NCBI RefSeq assembly: GCF_009914755.1
Contig: NC_060925.1
Strand: one strand, 5' to 3'
DNA: 64,000 nucleotides
Source: the human T2T-CHM13v2.0 reference genome, Homo sapiens
Shown: piece after piece, positions 1-15,290 of the stretch
Position numbering within the stretch: position 1 is the first letter of the stretch
Layout of the letters: each line of letters starts with the position of its first letter
The notes under the pieces: model-generated
The model's input: only the letters and a program-made list of their open reading frames with translations
Told to the model about the DNA's origin: nothing
Database searches by the model: none
Translations under genes and position numbers: made by a program

Positions 1-733
1 TTGTTTTCAAGAGGGAGGCCATGGGATTTGGACTACCTTTCCTCACTTTCCCATATTGCAAGCCAGTCTCTCCCTTGCACCTCCCTTCCTCTGGTCATTA
101 TGTAGGAGCTGATGGAGGATGCAGAAGACATCTGGATCTGACTAGGGGGCCTGTCAGAGACATGAGCTACACGGTGCCCCTGCAGGCAGCCCAGGATGCA
201 CACGGAGCCACATCACCTTCACTGCTTTGGTCCCGGGTGAGGGAGTTATGGCCACTTTGGTGCCTTCTTTCTCCCTGGAGCACAAAGCAAGAGCAAAGGC
301 AGCTTCTTGGTGGTTTCTGGCTATATCTGATGATGAATTTCATGACCCCATTCCATTACTGGAATAACAACCCTTTTCTTCTCGAGGTGAAATTTTCTCA
401 TCTGAGTCTTTTACAAAATCAGATGAATGATTCAGATATCTGTTTTAGAATTCACTTCCATTATATGTCTGAAAGGGCACTGTTTATGTTGGAAGTTCCA
501 TGAAAATTCCTAACCTAAACCAGCAAGACTTCTAGAGGGTGACTCTCTAAACGTTTAGTATTAGGGAGGAATATTGGGGGAGAGAAATTGCAAATTGCCC
601 TGCAAGACACAGTGAGTTGGAGGAGCACCCCGAAATGGAGCCTTAGCCTCCAGAACCTTTCTACAAGCCCGAACAACTTCACCCAGATCTTCAGCCAGGG
701 TTCTGACTTGACACAGCAGGGAGACATTCCCAC

Positions 734-880
734 CTGTGTGCACAAGAGTACAGATGCGCTCGCTTTCCTCCCTGCCCCGCACGCTGTTGAGGCTGATTTC
801 GTATTCGGTAGCTGGGTTCAGTCTGGTGATGGTGAATTCTGTCACAGTGTTGGGCACCACTGAGCTGTCTAGTCGTCCCA
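734..880 (-). CDS. TNR: TNR FNIII-7 second part exon, 147 nt
   Basis: Acceptor ttcttctccag|TG, donor ACAG|gtggga. Translation [11 protein letters not shown]...ERICTLVHT. Confidence 0.96.
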
Positions 881-1764
881 CTGGAGAAGAGAAGAATCTA
901 CAGTTAAAATTCAGCAGCCCTTTCATCCAAGCAGCCCATGGTACAGTCTATGTCAATAAAGCACAGATGGGTGTGGGACTCCGCACTCAGTGGGGAGGGA
1001 TGATACATGGTTCATGGGCTGGGAATGTTGGAGTGTGAAGAGGCTTTGCACACTGGTCTCACTCCTTCATTTTATGGGCTCCTTGGAGCAAAGAAAAATG
1101 ACCTACCTATTAAGTGGTTTTCTAACAAGCTGGTCTTCTCTAAGACAATGACATTAAGGCAGTGTAGAGGGCACCGATGCAAGGAGCAGTCCCCACAGTC
1201 CAGAGACAGTGTAGTCTGGAATGCTGTCCTGTGTCCTCACTGGAAGTGAGTGTGCCCTCCACTTCCTTAAAAATGCCACATGTACCAGCAAGAACTGGCA
1301 GGATGCAGGTGAGGTCTGGGCCAGTTTCCTCTGACTCATAACTTGTCTGGAGTGGCTGAAATGGGACCACATCACTGTGCTTCCCTCCAAGGCTCCATCT
1401 GGCTTTGCTGGGTCTTTAGCCATCCCTCTGGATCCTAGTCTTGAACTTCATTCTTGTAGGAATATTCATGTGACCCAAGCTCTTGGCAGATTCTTTTGGG
1501 GCTCTTTTTTTCTCAAGACACTGCCTAGATAATGGTGATCAGTTACCTCTGCTAGTGAAGGGCCTGCTCTCTGGGTGAATGTAATCAAGCCTTTCTCAAG
1601 AGGCATTGGTGAGTGTGGGGTTTCTTGGCTGCTCACCAGCCCACTCTCATTCTGATGCAGCATGCCACAGAGAAGAGGAAAAACGCAGGCAGGAGTGGAT
1701 GTTCTGCGGGATATGCTAGTTCTCCCATAATCTTCACCCAAATCCTAGTATCTTTGAGAAATCA

Positions 1765-2034
<270 letters not shown>

Positions 2035-3054
2035 TTAAAACCATGGTCACGCTGATGTTTCACTTGAAACCTTGTAGGTATGACCAAAGCTATGTTCATG
2101 GAGAATATTTTAACAACATGAAGACAAGCTGGCAAGCTCTGTACCTGTTACCTATCTGCAAGCCAACTAGGAACTTTTTTTTTAAGTTCATATGTTTTGT
2201 TTTGAATTGGGAGAAACATAGGCATTTTCTCTGAGGTAATTTTTTAAGATAAACCAAATTTTGCCTGTATCTCTTATTCTTTAGCAGCCACCTTTGGTTT
2301 CAGTTTTGAAAAACTGCCTATTGACTGTACAGGGATTTCAGAGCACAAGTCCAGAACAAATCCATTTTCCTAAATTGTATTTCATTTATGCTATGGGCTT
2401 TTTTTTTTTTTTACTGCTAGGGGATCACAGAGTTGATCAGCTAAGTGTTTAATCTACTTGTCCAGTTTGTGAGTTCTTGTTAGTAAGGAGGAAACTACCC
2501 AAACATACATATCTTCACCCACATGTACCTCATATTTGAAACTGTGTTTGGGAATAATGAGCTGGGACTGATCCAATTCATCTCTGAGTGCCTGTGTTTT
2601 CTAAGCAACATCCAAATCAACCCCATTCTCTGAGTGCCAGGTCACTACCTGATTGCATGCTAGTCCCATGTGAGACTAAGGAAGCATTATTGTACGAGTG
2701 AACTTTCTGGGCAGTTAAGAGATGGTTCTTCAGAATAGGAACAGGTGTCTCTTCACTGTAGAGGGATTCCTCTTGGAGACTAGCTTTCTCCAGTGCTTTT
2801 CTTCTAAGCTGGTAGTGGGAGGTCTTTTGGACAAATGCATTCAAGCTTTGACCTCCTCAAGACATTGACTTTGTCCCACCTTCCAAGTGGGAGTTTCTTA
2901 TCTAATGCATCTTCTGCAGCACTGGAGGAAGTAGCTGTTTCAGAACAGGTCACAGACTTTCTCTAGCCATAGAGGAAATCCCCTACTCCTTGGGTCTTTC
3001 TCTTTTAAAATTTCATTGATTTGTCAAAGGCTACTGTGAAAACCCCTTTCATCA

Positions 3055-3423
<369 letters not shown>

Positions 3424-3892
3424 CTAAAGGGACCTGCTCTCCTTGCTAATAAGGGCCACACCTTCACCCACTAACCAAGAGATTCCACCTCCTCACCCTC
3501 CAGTGCTGTTCACTCCACTTTTTCCAATCCAAATATAGGAAAATGGATTCTGTTAAAATGAGAACTACTTCTGTGAGTTAATCATAATACTGAACCAGGA
3601 TTGAAAGCCTGTATCCTGGAATGAATTTTATATGATCCCATGGATCCTCTGAATTCCCACTGATTTACTGCAGCAGGGAAAGATGGACAGAATCAACTAC
3701 TATGTCAAGGCCATAGAAAAGCCAGACACAAGTTTTCAGGCAGGTAACACTATTGCTCACCTCCCCTCTTTACTTCCAACCCTTCCCTCTTGATGCACTT
3801 ATTAGTTTTTACTCTATCCTTTTCTACCCACCTCTCTTTTCTCCAAAGGAAATGGAACATTGGAAGAGTGACTTGCCTGAATGAATTTCTCA

Positions 3893-4291
<399 letters not shown>

Positions 4292-5273
4292 CTATCAGCA
4301 GGCCTGCTGACTATGAGCACTAGCTTGTCATTGCTGACACTTATCTCATATTTTGCTAAGTACCTTCCCTCTGAATGATGGCCAGGGGCTTGGCAAATAG
4401 ATGAACAATCTGAAGAAAGCCGTGATGAGCTCTGATACCACTGGATTGCATCCACCTCTGGGACAAAGCTGGCTGCTGATTTTCAAGCTCGCCATATTCA
4501 TTTTCTCCCATCCTTTCTCAATGAGCCAATAAGGATAAAATGGTAGCTACCACCAAGTAGGGATATGCCATTCCTGGCAACAGAAGCGCACCACCCTCCA
4601 ACCCTGAGGCTATTTTGACTTGTTCTAACCATAGCCAGGCAGGCAGCTAGATCTGAGGACCTGGAGACTTTTGTCCATGTGGTTCTCTAGAGAGGCTGAA
4701 CCTTGGGACAAGGACTGGTCTAAAATCCCTAGCCCAGCCCAGGCTGCTAGTACCATAGGTGCTGAAATGACTTTGAAATTTACCCAGGATTTGGAAGCAA
4801 AACTGCTGAATCCAGAGCAGCAAGGGTCTCAGCTGGACTTTTCTTCTGCCCTCAGATTTAATGGGTTGTTGCAAGTCTAGACCTTCACCCAAGTGGTGTT
4901 TGTGAGGACCTCTGTGGTGTATGCAGGGCGAGGATGCCCCATTCTGCCTGCTGTCGGGGTGGTCTAGATAAAAATATGGCCTGCAATGGCATCAACCTAT
5001 TTAGGATTTTCCACCTCTGCTCTGTACAGCCCTGAGCAGCTCTTCAGACCACGGGGGACCGAGCACAGGTCTGTGGGGAAGAGGGTGACTCTGTCCTGCC
5101 TGTCAGAGATCAAGGATTAGGCATAGGGTGGATGTTGTTTCTAGGCTGACAGTTGTCACCAGAGCCCTGTTCACTGGAAGACATTGCTTTCTGATTAATT
5201 TTTGCTGGGACGAGCCTCCATGACTCCTTAGGCTTATAGGCTAACCTGGTCTTCTTCCTCAGCAGTCCTCCTA

Positions 5274-5393
<120 letters not shown>

Positions 5394-6197
5394 TTATTCT
5401 GTGTATGGGGCAGGGCTAGGAAGGCTGAAAGTGGGAAGAAAATGATCTTAGACTCCTATTCATACCTTGTGTTTAGTCCTCCTTGAATCCTCTCCTAATT
5501 TGAACTATTAAGAAATCCCAATTTCACTATTTAGGAATCCCAAGTCAATAGGACGAACCAGCCCACGCAGAGCTTCCTTCTTGCAGGCAGGCTCTCTGGG
5601 AAGGCAGTGAGGCTGCCTTGTCAGTGACCTTCAGAGGTGTGCTCACATAAGTATACAAGGACTCCTTGTATGCTTAGCGTCTCAGGTTGGCTTGAACCAG
5701 CGAGAGGATTTCTTGCTTAAATTGTGAATTTCGGGAGTATGTAATCAAGAGAGACAGTGTGGACATAGACCTGAAAAGCATTCCTTGAATGTTATATACA
5801 AGGACCAAGCTACACCTTTTACAGGAGCTGAGGCCATATGGGGACTCCTGGGTCCCTTCTAGGGAGGAACAGTGGATGGACTTTTTTTTCTAAGCACAGG
5901 GCTGTCGAGTAGGAGCATGCAGAAGTCCTGTTGCTGTAGGCCCCCCGCCAAGTTCAGTAATTCAGGCCTCAGGGTATCTAAAGCTGTGGATCTAATTTTA
6001 GAATAACTTTCAGGGGAGTCCAGGAAGACAGAGGAGACACAAAAACTGTCCCACTAAAGGGTGTAAGCTTCTCTGAGGAAATCCTTTGGGAGGTTTACTA
6101 CAAAGGATCTCTGAGAACCTCCTAGAATATCTGGAATTCTCTAGGTTCTCTCCTTGACCTCTTTCACATTTATTTTCAGACTAACTGGTTTGACTGG

Positions 6198-7183
<986 letters not shown>

Positions 7184-7276
7184 TTATATAACATCTGTGC
7201 TTTTCAAAATGGATTGTGTTTTAGAGTCTCATCACAACCTTGGGAGGAAGGTGGGATAAGCAGTCTTTTCTCCATC

Positions 7277-7679
7277 TACATTAGCTTCCTGTGGATGCTG
7301 TTATAAATTACCACACACAGTGTGGCTTAAAACAGACATGTGTCCTCCCACGGCTCTGAAGTCTGGAAGTCCGAAATCAAGGTGTCGCCAGGACCATGCT
7401 TCCTCTGAAGGCTCTAGGAGACCTAGGTTCTGGTGGTTGCCAGCACTCCCTGGCATTCCTTGGCTTGTAGTTGCGTCACCCCAGTCTCTGCCTCTGTAGA
7501 CACATGTGTGTCTGTGTCTTCCCCTCTTCTTATAAACACACCAGTCACATTGAATTTAGGGGCCACCCTAATCCAGTATGACCTCATCTTAACTCTACTG
7601 CATCTCTAAAGACCTTATTTGGAAATAAGGGTTTGGGGTGGACATGCATTTTGAGGGGACTGTTATTCAACAGAGTACA
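7277..7679 (-). mobile_element. MaLR solo LTR (MLT1B-like)
   Basis: MLT1 motifs (gtccgaaatcaaggtgtc, taatccagtatgacctcatcttaac) and TSD ccatc/tcatc. Confidence 0.75.
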
Positions 7680-8408
7680 TCATCTTTTTATAAAAAGAAA
7701 CTGTGGCACGGAGTAAGTCTGTGACCAGCTAGAGATGCCCCCCGGATTCTGGTCTCAGAGTTCAGGGCTTTTAGGAGGAATGGGACATCCTATTACTTCC
7801 TTCCACTGCTCAGGGCAGCTGTGATTTCTCTGGAATCCCTGATTTTGATCGGAAATACTTTGAGCAACATTCCTTTAACAAATGGCTTGGCTTGGTCAAG
7901 AGGAATGCTGCCTGGCAGCCAGGGGGTTCTTCATCCCCTTCCTCAGTAGGCTTTCGTGGAGTCCATGCAATAAATGTTGCTTAAGCATGGCAGAGCTTAC
8001 CAGGCCGGTTTCTCTCCCAGGAATGCAGTCCCGAAGCCCTGTCTGGGTAGGCATTCGAATCAGCCCTCTTTTTTCTCTTCTTAAACCAGCTCCCTTTCTT
8101 TCCCAACCATTAATTCTTTCTTTCTCTAAAGTGGCAACACCAGCGGAGGTAAACTTTGAAGTTTGACAGACTTTGACGTCTGACATATCTATATTTGGTC
8201 TCTTTCACTTTTTACCTGTGTAATTTTGATTACTTAACATCTATGAACCTCAATTTCTGAAGAATGAGAATAAAAATAGCATCTATATCAGAGGGTCATC
8301 ATGAGGATTATATGAGTCAAAGTGTTTAAAGTCCAGTGCCTGGATCTTAGCGGTAGTAGCTAGTATTTTATTACTTTGCACAGAGAACTATTCCTGGATT
8401 TTGAGTAC

Positions 8409-8435
8409 TTTTTTTTTTTTTTTTTTTTTTTTTTT
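8409..8435. repeat. Poly(T)27 homopolymer (A27 on the TNR strand)
   Basis: Read directly from the sequence; no adjacent Alu or L1 body. Confidence 0.9.
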
Positions 8436-9973
8436 GGTGAGTGGTCTCATCAACTACAAAAACCGCCCCAGGCAAGTACAGGCCGGTCCTGGGTGCACCT
8501 GTTGACTTGTTGTTATTGGTTTGCTGAGGCTTAGCCTGTTGGCTCTGTTGGAAACCAGTGATTCAGGGAGTCCAGGTGGCAGTGAGGACCTTGTCCCTGG
8601 CTGGGCCAAGTACCTATCTCTAGATTGAGTGGGTGATTGCAATACCCCCTGATCCATTTGAAGCACACATTTATCTCCATCAATATGTTCAGTGAGTTCC
8701 AGGTACATCCTTGGTTGCAGAAATGAGATTACCTTTGGGACATAAACTACTTTTATCAGGCAACTGATTAAGACCTTCAATTGCCTATAATGAAGTAGAA
8801 ATTCTCCAACATAGATGAAGGGTGACAGATGGAGGGAGTAAGACAGAAATTATACGTTGCCAAACAGATCTAACATGTAACATTTTCATCCCAGTTTCTT
8901 ATTTATGAAGCTTAAATGAAATGTTCAATAATTTACAATGGAATCATCTTCTCCCAGAAAACTGCAGAGCAGAATTTAATGTGTTCTGTTCCCAGGTTTT
9001 CTGTCTAGAGGATGGAAAAGTGGGACTTGCTTATAGGTTTGTGCCTGCTGCTTTCCTTTGATTTTCAGCAGCTTTCTTCCATGCTACAAGTGAATTGTTG
9101 CTCTTTGCCAGCAGGTTAGACACAGTTCTGCTGGAAAAAAAAAAAAAAACACATGTATCCGAGGCATAGCCAGTGCACTTAGATATCAGCACTCTGAGTA
9201 CTCCTAGGGATTTCTCACTTTTTAAAGACCCCATTGCTCTCTATCAATGCCCCCTTTATCTCTCCATCCAACTCCTGCAAGTGGTAACATATAAATGGCC
9301 CTGTTCCCTTTCTTAACAATAGCACAGAAAATTCATCCCATAGGAAATCACTACTCTCTGTTCCTTATAGAACTTTCTTTGTTCAACTTGGAGGTTGATG
9401 CTTTTCTCAACTCTTTCACCTCACACCCATTCTTCTTGGAACCCCTAAAGCACAGTCATACATTCAACAAATATTAAGGGCCTCCTTTGTGTCAGACACA
9501 AGGTGGTGTGAGCTGAACAAGACATTAGCCTTGCCTTTTGGGGGTGAAAAGGAATCTGTGCTAAAAAAGTAAAATAATTATTTAGTGAGCACCCATAATA
9601 TGCCTAGCACTAAGCTACATGGAAAAGAATAATGACGAAGGGGAGGGAAGAAAAAGAGAAGTAAAAAATGAAGACTTTTTGAGTGTCTGATGGTAAAGAG
9701 TTATGCAAGTATTACTGAGCTTCTTAAAGATTCACACGTTATTTAATTTCCCTGAAGCACTACTGATAGGGTATTGCAGATGAGCAAACAGGGGCTCCAA
9801 GAAGTCTATTCCTTGGCCAAGGTCACAAAACTGATACATGATACAACTAGGTTTGGAACCCAAGTCTCTTGTTATTTTCTGACTCATGATAGCATGGTTC
9901 CCATCCCTGAGTCTTACAGGCCAGGAGGAAGGAGTGGAGTAAGCAACTTGGTATTCGAGAGTGATTTGGTACC

Positions 9974-10375
9974 TGTTATAGTTTGGATGCTTGTCCCCTC
10001 CAAATCTCATATTGAATTGCCATCCCCAATGTTGGTGGTGGGGCCCAGTGGGAGGTGTTTGGGTCATGGGGGTGGATCCCTCATGAATGGCTTGGAGCTG
10101 TCCTCCAGATAGTGAGTGAGTTCTCGTGAGATCTGGTTGTTTAAAAGTGTGTGGCACCTCCCCCCAACCCTTGCTCCCTCTCTCATTGTGTGATGCGCGG
10201 GCTACTCCTCCGGCTTCCCGCATGATTGTAAGCTTTCCGAGGCCCTCACCAGAAGCAGATTCTGGCACCATGTTTCCTGTACACTCTGCAGAACTGTAAG
10301 CCAGTCAAACCTCCTTTCTTTATAAATTACCCACCCTCAGGTATTCCTTTATAGTAATGCAAATGGACTAATGCA
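9974..10375 (+). mobile_element. MaLR solo LTR (MSTA/MSTB-like)
   Basis: tgttatagtttggatg...ggactaatgca, gggtcatgggggtggatccctcatgaatgg core, and TSD gtacc/ggacc. Confidence 0.85.
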
Positions 10376-12427
10376 GGACCAAAGCAGAGGCTGCTAACTA
10401 AGAGGACAAGATCAGCATGGGACTAAGAGGACACGATCAGCAGGGAGAAGATCAGCATGGGCTGTAATAGTCAGATAAGTCTTTCCAGAGAAGGCATTTG
10501 AGTTGGAACTTAAAGCTGGCTAAGATAAGGAAAGATAGAGGGAAGGAAATATGGAATTCTCTAGTGGCCAGAATGGGGCATAATGAGCATTCATAGATTA
10601 ATTAGGGCTAGAAAGGAACAGGAGTTAGCACATTCTCACCTGCAGTGCAAGGACTGTGGTGATAAAGGCAGAATGACTCACTTAGCCCTGTTTTGGGAAC
10701 CTATTCTTCATGCCTGCTGTCGCTAGCAGGGAAAGTGGTAGGGAGAAGGAGGCCCAAGGAACTGAGATTGCTGTCTCTTGCTAGCAAAAACATGAGTAAG
10801 ATACTTGGGGTCTGCAGACTTGGTTGGGATCAAGTGGACATGAGGAAATATGGACCTTTCCATCTTTAAATCCCTGAGATCATCTCCCAAGTGTCTGTGA
10901 AGCTCAAGTCTATGAAACTGAGGTTAGGGGTGTGATTGGCCCTAGTGCACTGGGTGCCTACCTTCACAGAGAGGGACAAACTGAGGACCCTGTCCCCAAG
11001 GAACTTGCAGTCAATCTGCGATTTTTATAGTGATTATGTTATTATTGTTAGTTTTCATGTTGGTTTCCTCACTAGACTCTTAGGTCTTTGGGTCAAAGAT
11101 TTTATTTTTTTCAGTATGTAGTATAGTGAGAAAACATGCACAGAAGCAGCATGGTGCTGGTGGCAGTAGCGGTGGTGGTGGGGAGTGTTGGGGAGACTCC
11201 GAAGAGAGGATATCTGGACTGGGTTTTGAAGGACCCATGGACATCTGGTGGCAGGGAGGGCATCCCAGACAAAGGAAACAGGGCATGCAAAGGCAGCTCT
11301 GGCAAAATAATTCATGAAAACCCAGGGACTAATATAGGGTCCCTCATAGAGAAATTTCCCATCAGTGGAATTTGGAGACCAGAGGTTTCATGGGGGAGAT
11401 ATGTGGAGAATATCTTTGGAGAGCCCCTGAAATCACACCAGATAGGCACCAATCTACTTTTTAGTTAAATGGAGATCTGAGCAGTCAGCCTCCCCACACT
11501 TATCTCTTTGGATAATGACAGGTGCATCTTCAGGATTCCTGGAATGAGTCAGGCTTTCGAGGCCATCTCCCTGCTTTTTTGGGTGTGCATGATGTTCAAG
11601 TTTCAAGAGAAGCAGCCAATTCCATCCTGATTTAAAGGAAGGGACTGGCCTAACAAGCCCATTTTTGATAAGAAAAATAATACTTCTAAGGCCTGTTTCC
11701 AGATGGAACTTTCTTATTGCTGGTGGAATTAATGAGAAACACAGCTCATCAACCTTGTCATATAGGAGCATCCCTATTCTGGGTTGTTGCTGTGAACAAG
11801 TACTCCCTGCTGAGGAGTGGAAGCTGCAGCTGAAATATTCCCACCTGGCTTTTCCCCCAGCCCCCTTATCCCCAGCCTTTAAGACAAATAAGGAATAGGC
11901 CCTGTATGTCCCAGCTCCGTGAGGAAGAGGTATGTGGAAGCCTTTGTCCTTTCTTTCCTCCTCTTCAACTTGGGTCTCTGCAGCCCACTCCCCAGCTTCC
12001 CGCCCCTGGAAGGTGACACCATGTTTAGAGGGTGCCTTACCAAAGTGACCACTTGGGGTCACTGTGACTTCGCCCAAAGGAGGCTGAGCACTGTCTGGCC
12101 CGGGACCCCAGGCCCTGTGCCTGGTCCTTTCCTCCTCAGAAGAGCTGCAGGGCGTTGAAGGTCTGGTGCTGGGTTTGGTGTTTGTGCACTGGCCCATCAG
12201 GGAGTGCAGACATAGCGAGGTGGACATTGAGTGCCGTGGTCAGTGCTGACTTGCCAGCTGGACTCCCTCTGGAGTCTCAGATTTCTTCCCCTGCAGACAA
12301 GCACGTGGCCTGCCAGTGTACCCTGAGGAGCCGACCTTCTCACCACTAGATCCCCATTTGGGCCAGAAACCTTGAAGGCGGCAACTCCCAAAGCATGATC
12401 AGGACGTACTTGCAGGCATCAGCCTAG

Positions 12428-12652
12428 CGTGTGTGAGTGTGTGTACGTGTGAGGGTATGTGAAAGTGTAGTGTGTACGTATGAGGGCATGAGCATGTGTG
12501 GTGTGTATGACTATGAGTGTGTGCATGTGTGTATGAGTATGTGTGTATGTGCATGTGAGTGTGCATATGTGCTTAAGTGTAAGTGCAAGAGTCTGTAGGT
12601 GTGTTTGTGTGTACATGTGTGCATGTGGTGAGTGTGAGTGCATCATGTGTGG
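12428..12652. repeat. Degenerate (TG)n / low-complexity simple repeat
   Basis: About 220 bp of interrupted GT/GTAT/GTGA units. Confidence 0.9.
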
Positions 12653-13887
12653 CTGGCTGTAAGTCTCTGTTTTCTTGCAGTCCTATGTTGTATCACATCT
12701 GTAGAAACTGTAAAGCTTCTGGATTTCCTAGGCCCTGTTGGCAATTTTTCAGCTTGTCAACTGGAGATAGAGATAGTCCTGGTGCAGGGAGAGGCAGCAG
12801 GTTAGCAAATGCCACCATGAGGCCTAAGGCAGGTGCCCTGTGGAGTGGGTAAGGGGTGCGATGAACGGGCCCTGGGTGGTTGTGAGAGCACGGTGCTCCT
12901 GTGACCGTATGGGCCTGGCTCCTTTTGCCTTGTTTCCTGGTCATGAGAATCCTTACGGATCCTAAGCTTCTGTTCATGAGGGAAGACCAGGTGAGAGAGA
13001 GTGGATGGCTTAGGGCAAGCCCCCTCCCCTCCTGCTAAAACACAACCACATGCCTTTTTGATGAAAGATTAGAGCAGTCACCTTGGACACAAAGGCCAGA
13101 GTAGTGTTTATAATTTGCGTTAGTCCCAGTCAGGGAAGTTGATTTTTTTCGCTAAATTGCAATCAGCAACTAAAAATCTTCTCCCTCCCTTCTCTCTCTC
13201 TTTCCCTCCCTCCTTCCACTTGGAGTTTTCTAAATGATTTGTTGTTTTTTTTTTTGTTGCTGCCCAGAAAGCAGAATGGTATTGTACCCTGTTACATGGT
13301 GCCAGGTTCTAATCTGGCTGGTAAGATGTGTAACACTCAAGGACCCCTTTGGGACTATAGGTATGGTGCACAGGCCAAACAGACATCATACAGGCTAAGT
13401 GACTGAGACTAAAACAGACTTATTAAGGACACAGAAGCCACTAGAGCAGAGAGAAAAAGTCATTGCAGACATTGAGTCTGTTGTTCAGAAACAAATTCAT
13501 ATCCCAGAAGGAATTCTCTGGACATTGCCTACAGAGAATAATGGGGGGGGAGTGTTTGAATTTTGGGCACCAGCCTGGACTCTGTGTGGCAGAGGGCAAC
13601 ATTTGTAAAGAGGGAGGTCAAGAGGGGGTACTTGCTGCCAGCCAGCTCTGGGAATGTCTCAGAGACCAGGAGAGTCAGGAAGGGCCTGGATTCCACAACA
13701 AAGAGGAAAATGGTGGCCTCAGAGACAACGGCTTCTGCAGGGAATGGCAAATACAGGTGCCATAGAGCTTTAAGTGTTGAGTCAACAGTGAGAGTAAAGG
13801 GGGCCTGACCTTGTGCCCAGCAAAGGCCAGGCTGCCACGGCTTCAGGTCTGAGCTTTGTGAGGATTAATACCAATAAAAAATTGAAT

Positions 13888-14048
13888 GGGTATTGAGTGC
13901 TTACTGTGTGCCAGGCTCCATCCCAAGTTCTTGAATAGGGATATATGTATGATTTCATTTAATTCTCGCTACAACCCAATGAGGTAGATAGGATGTCTTT
14001 TAGATGAGAGAACTAAAGTGCAGGAAATTTAAGAAATTTGCTCAAGGA
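13888..14048 (-). mobile_element. MIR fragment
   Basis: tattgagtgcttactgtgtgccaggc ... ttttagatgag ... atttgctcaagg matches the MIR core. Confidence 0.65.
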
Positions 14049-14928
14049 TGCACTTTTCATGAAGCTGGTCTCCCCCCTGAGTGGGGTACTTCCACAGCTG
14101 TGCTCTAAGTGAGTGCTTCTCACTCATAGATTTCCTTGAAGCAGGGGTCCTAAAATGCAGGCTCTGGGTTGGTAGTTCTCGGGGGAAGAGGCCTCCAACA
14201 TCTCTGGGCGTAATGCCCAGGCTGCTGGTGGCTGCACCACGCTGTGAGAGGCAAGGTTCTAAACCACTAGGCCACATGGACTAAAGGAGGACATCCTAAA
14301 CCATCCAGTAGCTCACAGACCTCCTCATCTCTTTCGTCTTCACCACTGTCATCCACTTACTGAGTAGTTTGTTGTCAGAAGCACTACCTTAAACTCGTTA
14401 AATGTATTGCCTCATGAATGCCTCATGATGGCACTGTGGGGTCAGTGGTATCAGTCCCCTTTAACAGATGAAGAAACAGAGGTTTAGAAAGATTCAATCA
14501 ACTGTCCCAAATCACACAGCAAGTGGCAAGCCAGAGTTGAAAGTACAGAGTTGAAAGTCTAGGCTCTTAGCATGTTGCATGGAGCAGAGCATTCAGATCA
14601 AACTGTGTCTGAACACAGGCATTGGAGGCTGAAAAACTTAACTTTTTAGGCTCCAAGTTGGAGAGTGAGTGAGAAAGCACAATGTTTTAGAGCCAGAGTC
14701 AAACTTCTCCCTTTTGTCCCTTTCTCTTTTTCATGGCTCTCCCTTCTCTTCCCCCAGATGCCTCAGCAAGAGAACCAACAATCCTTGCAACTAGCATCTC
14801 AGCGAGTACAAATACACTTGATTTCCTTATGTGCCAATAATCCCTTCTTAAATTATGTTAAGCTATTTGCCTCATAAATCTCCTCAGCAGTGAACTCCCT
14901 GAGATAATTATGTGTAATATATAAATGT

Positions 14929-14932
<4 letters not shown>

Positions 14933-14967
<35 letters not shown>

Positions 14968-14968
14968 T
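14933..14968. repeat. (TA)n(CA)n microsatellite
   Basis: Read directly from the sequence. Confidence 0.85.
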
Positions 14969-15129
14969 TTGAAATGTTTTAAATCTGACTGTAACAAAAA
15001 ATCAACCTATTTAAGCCCCCTACTCAATAATAATTTTCCCATCGCTTCTAGGTCTGTGGCATTTAAATTTGGACTGTCCCTTACATTTTACTTCTTTAGC
15101 AGAAGCAGCTGTGGAAGGGGAATCTTCTG

Positions 15130-15290
15130 ACTGGGACTCGAAAGGACTGGCTTTGAATCACAGCTGTGCCCCTTGCTAGCCTTGTGAACTTGGGCAGGTT
15201 TTCAAACTCCACAAGCCTCAGTTTCCTCATCTGTAAAATGGGAATGCTAACCATACCCACCTCATGAGGTGGTTGTGAAGATTAAAGAAG
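15130..15290 (+). mobile_element. MIR fragment
   Basis: gcctcagtttcctcatctgtaaaatggg core. Confidence 0.75.

Noticed and set aside
11454-12227. 257-aa minus-strand ORF
   Set aside because: No recognisable domain, no fit to the TNR exon chain, and composition typical of a chance intronic ORF.
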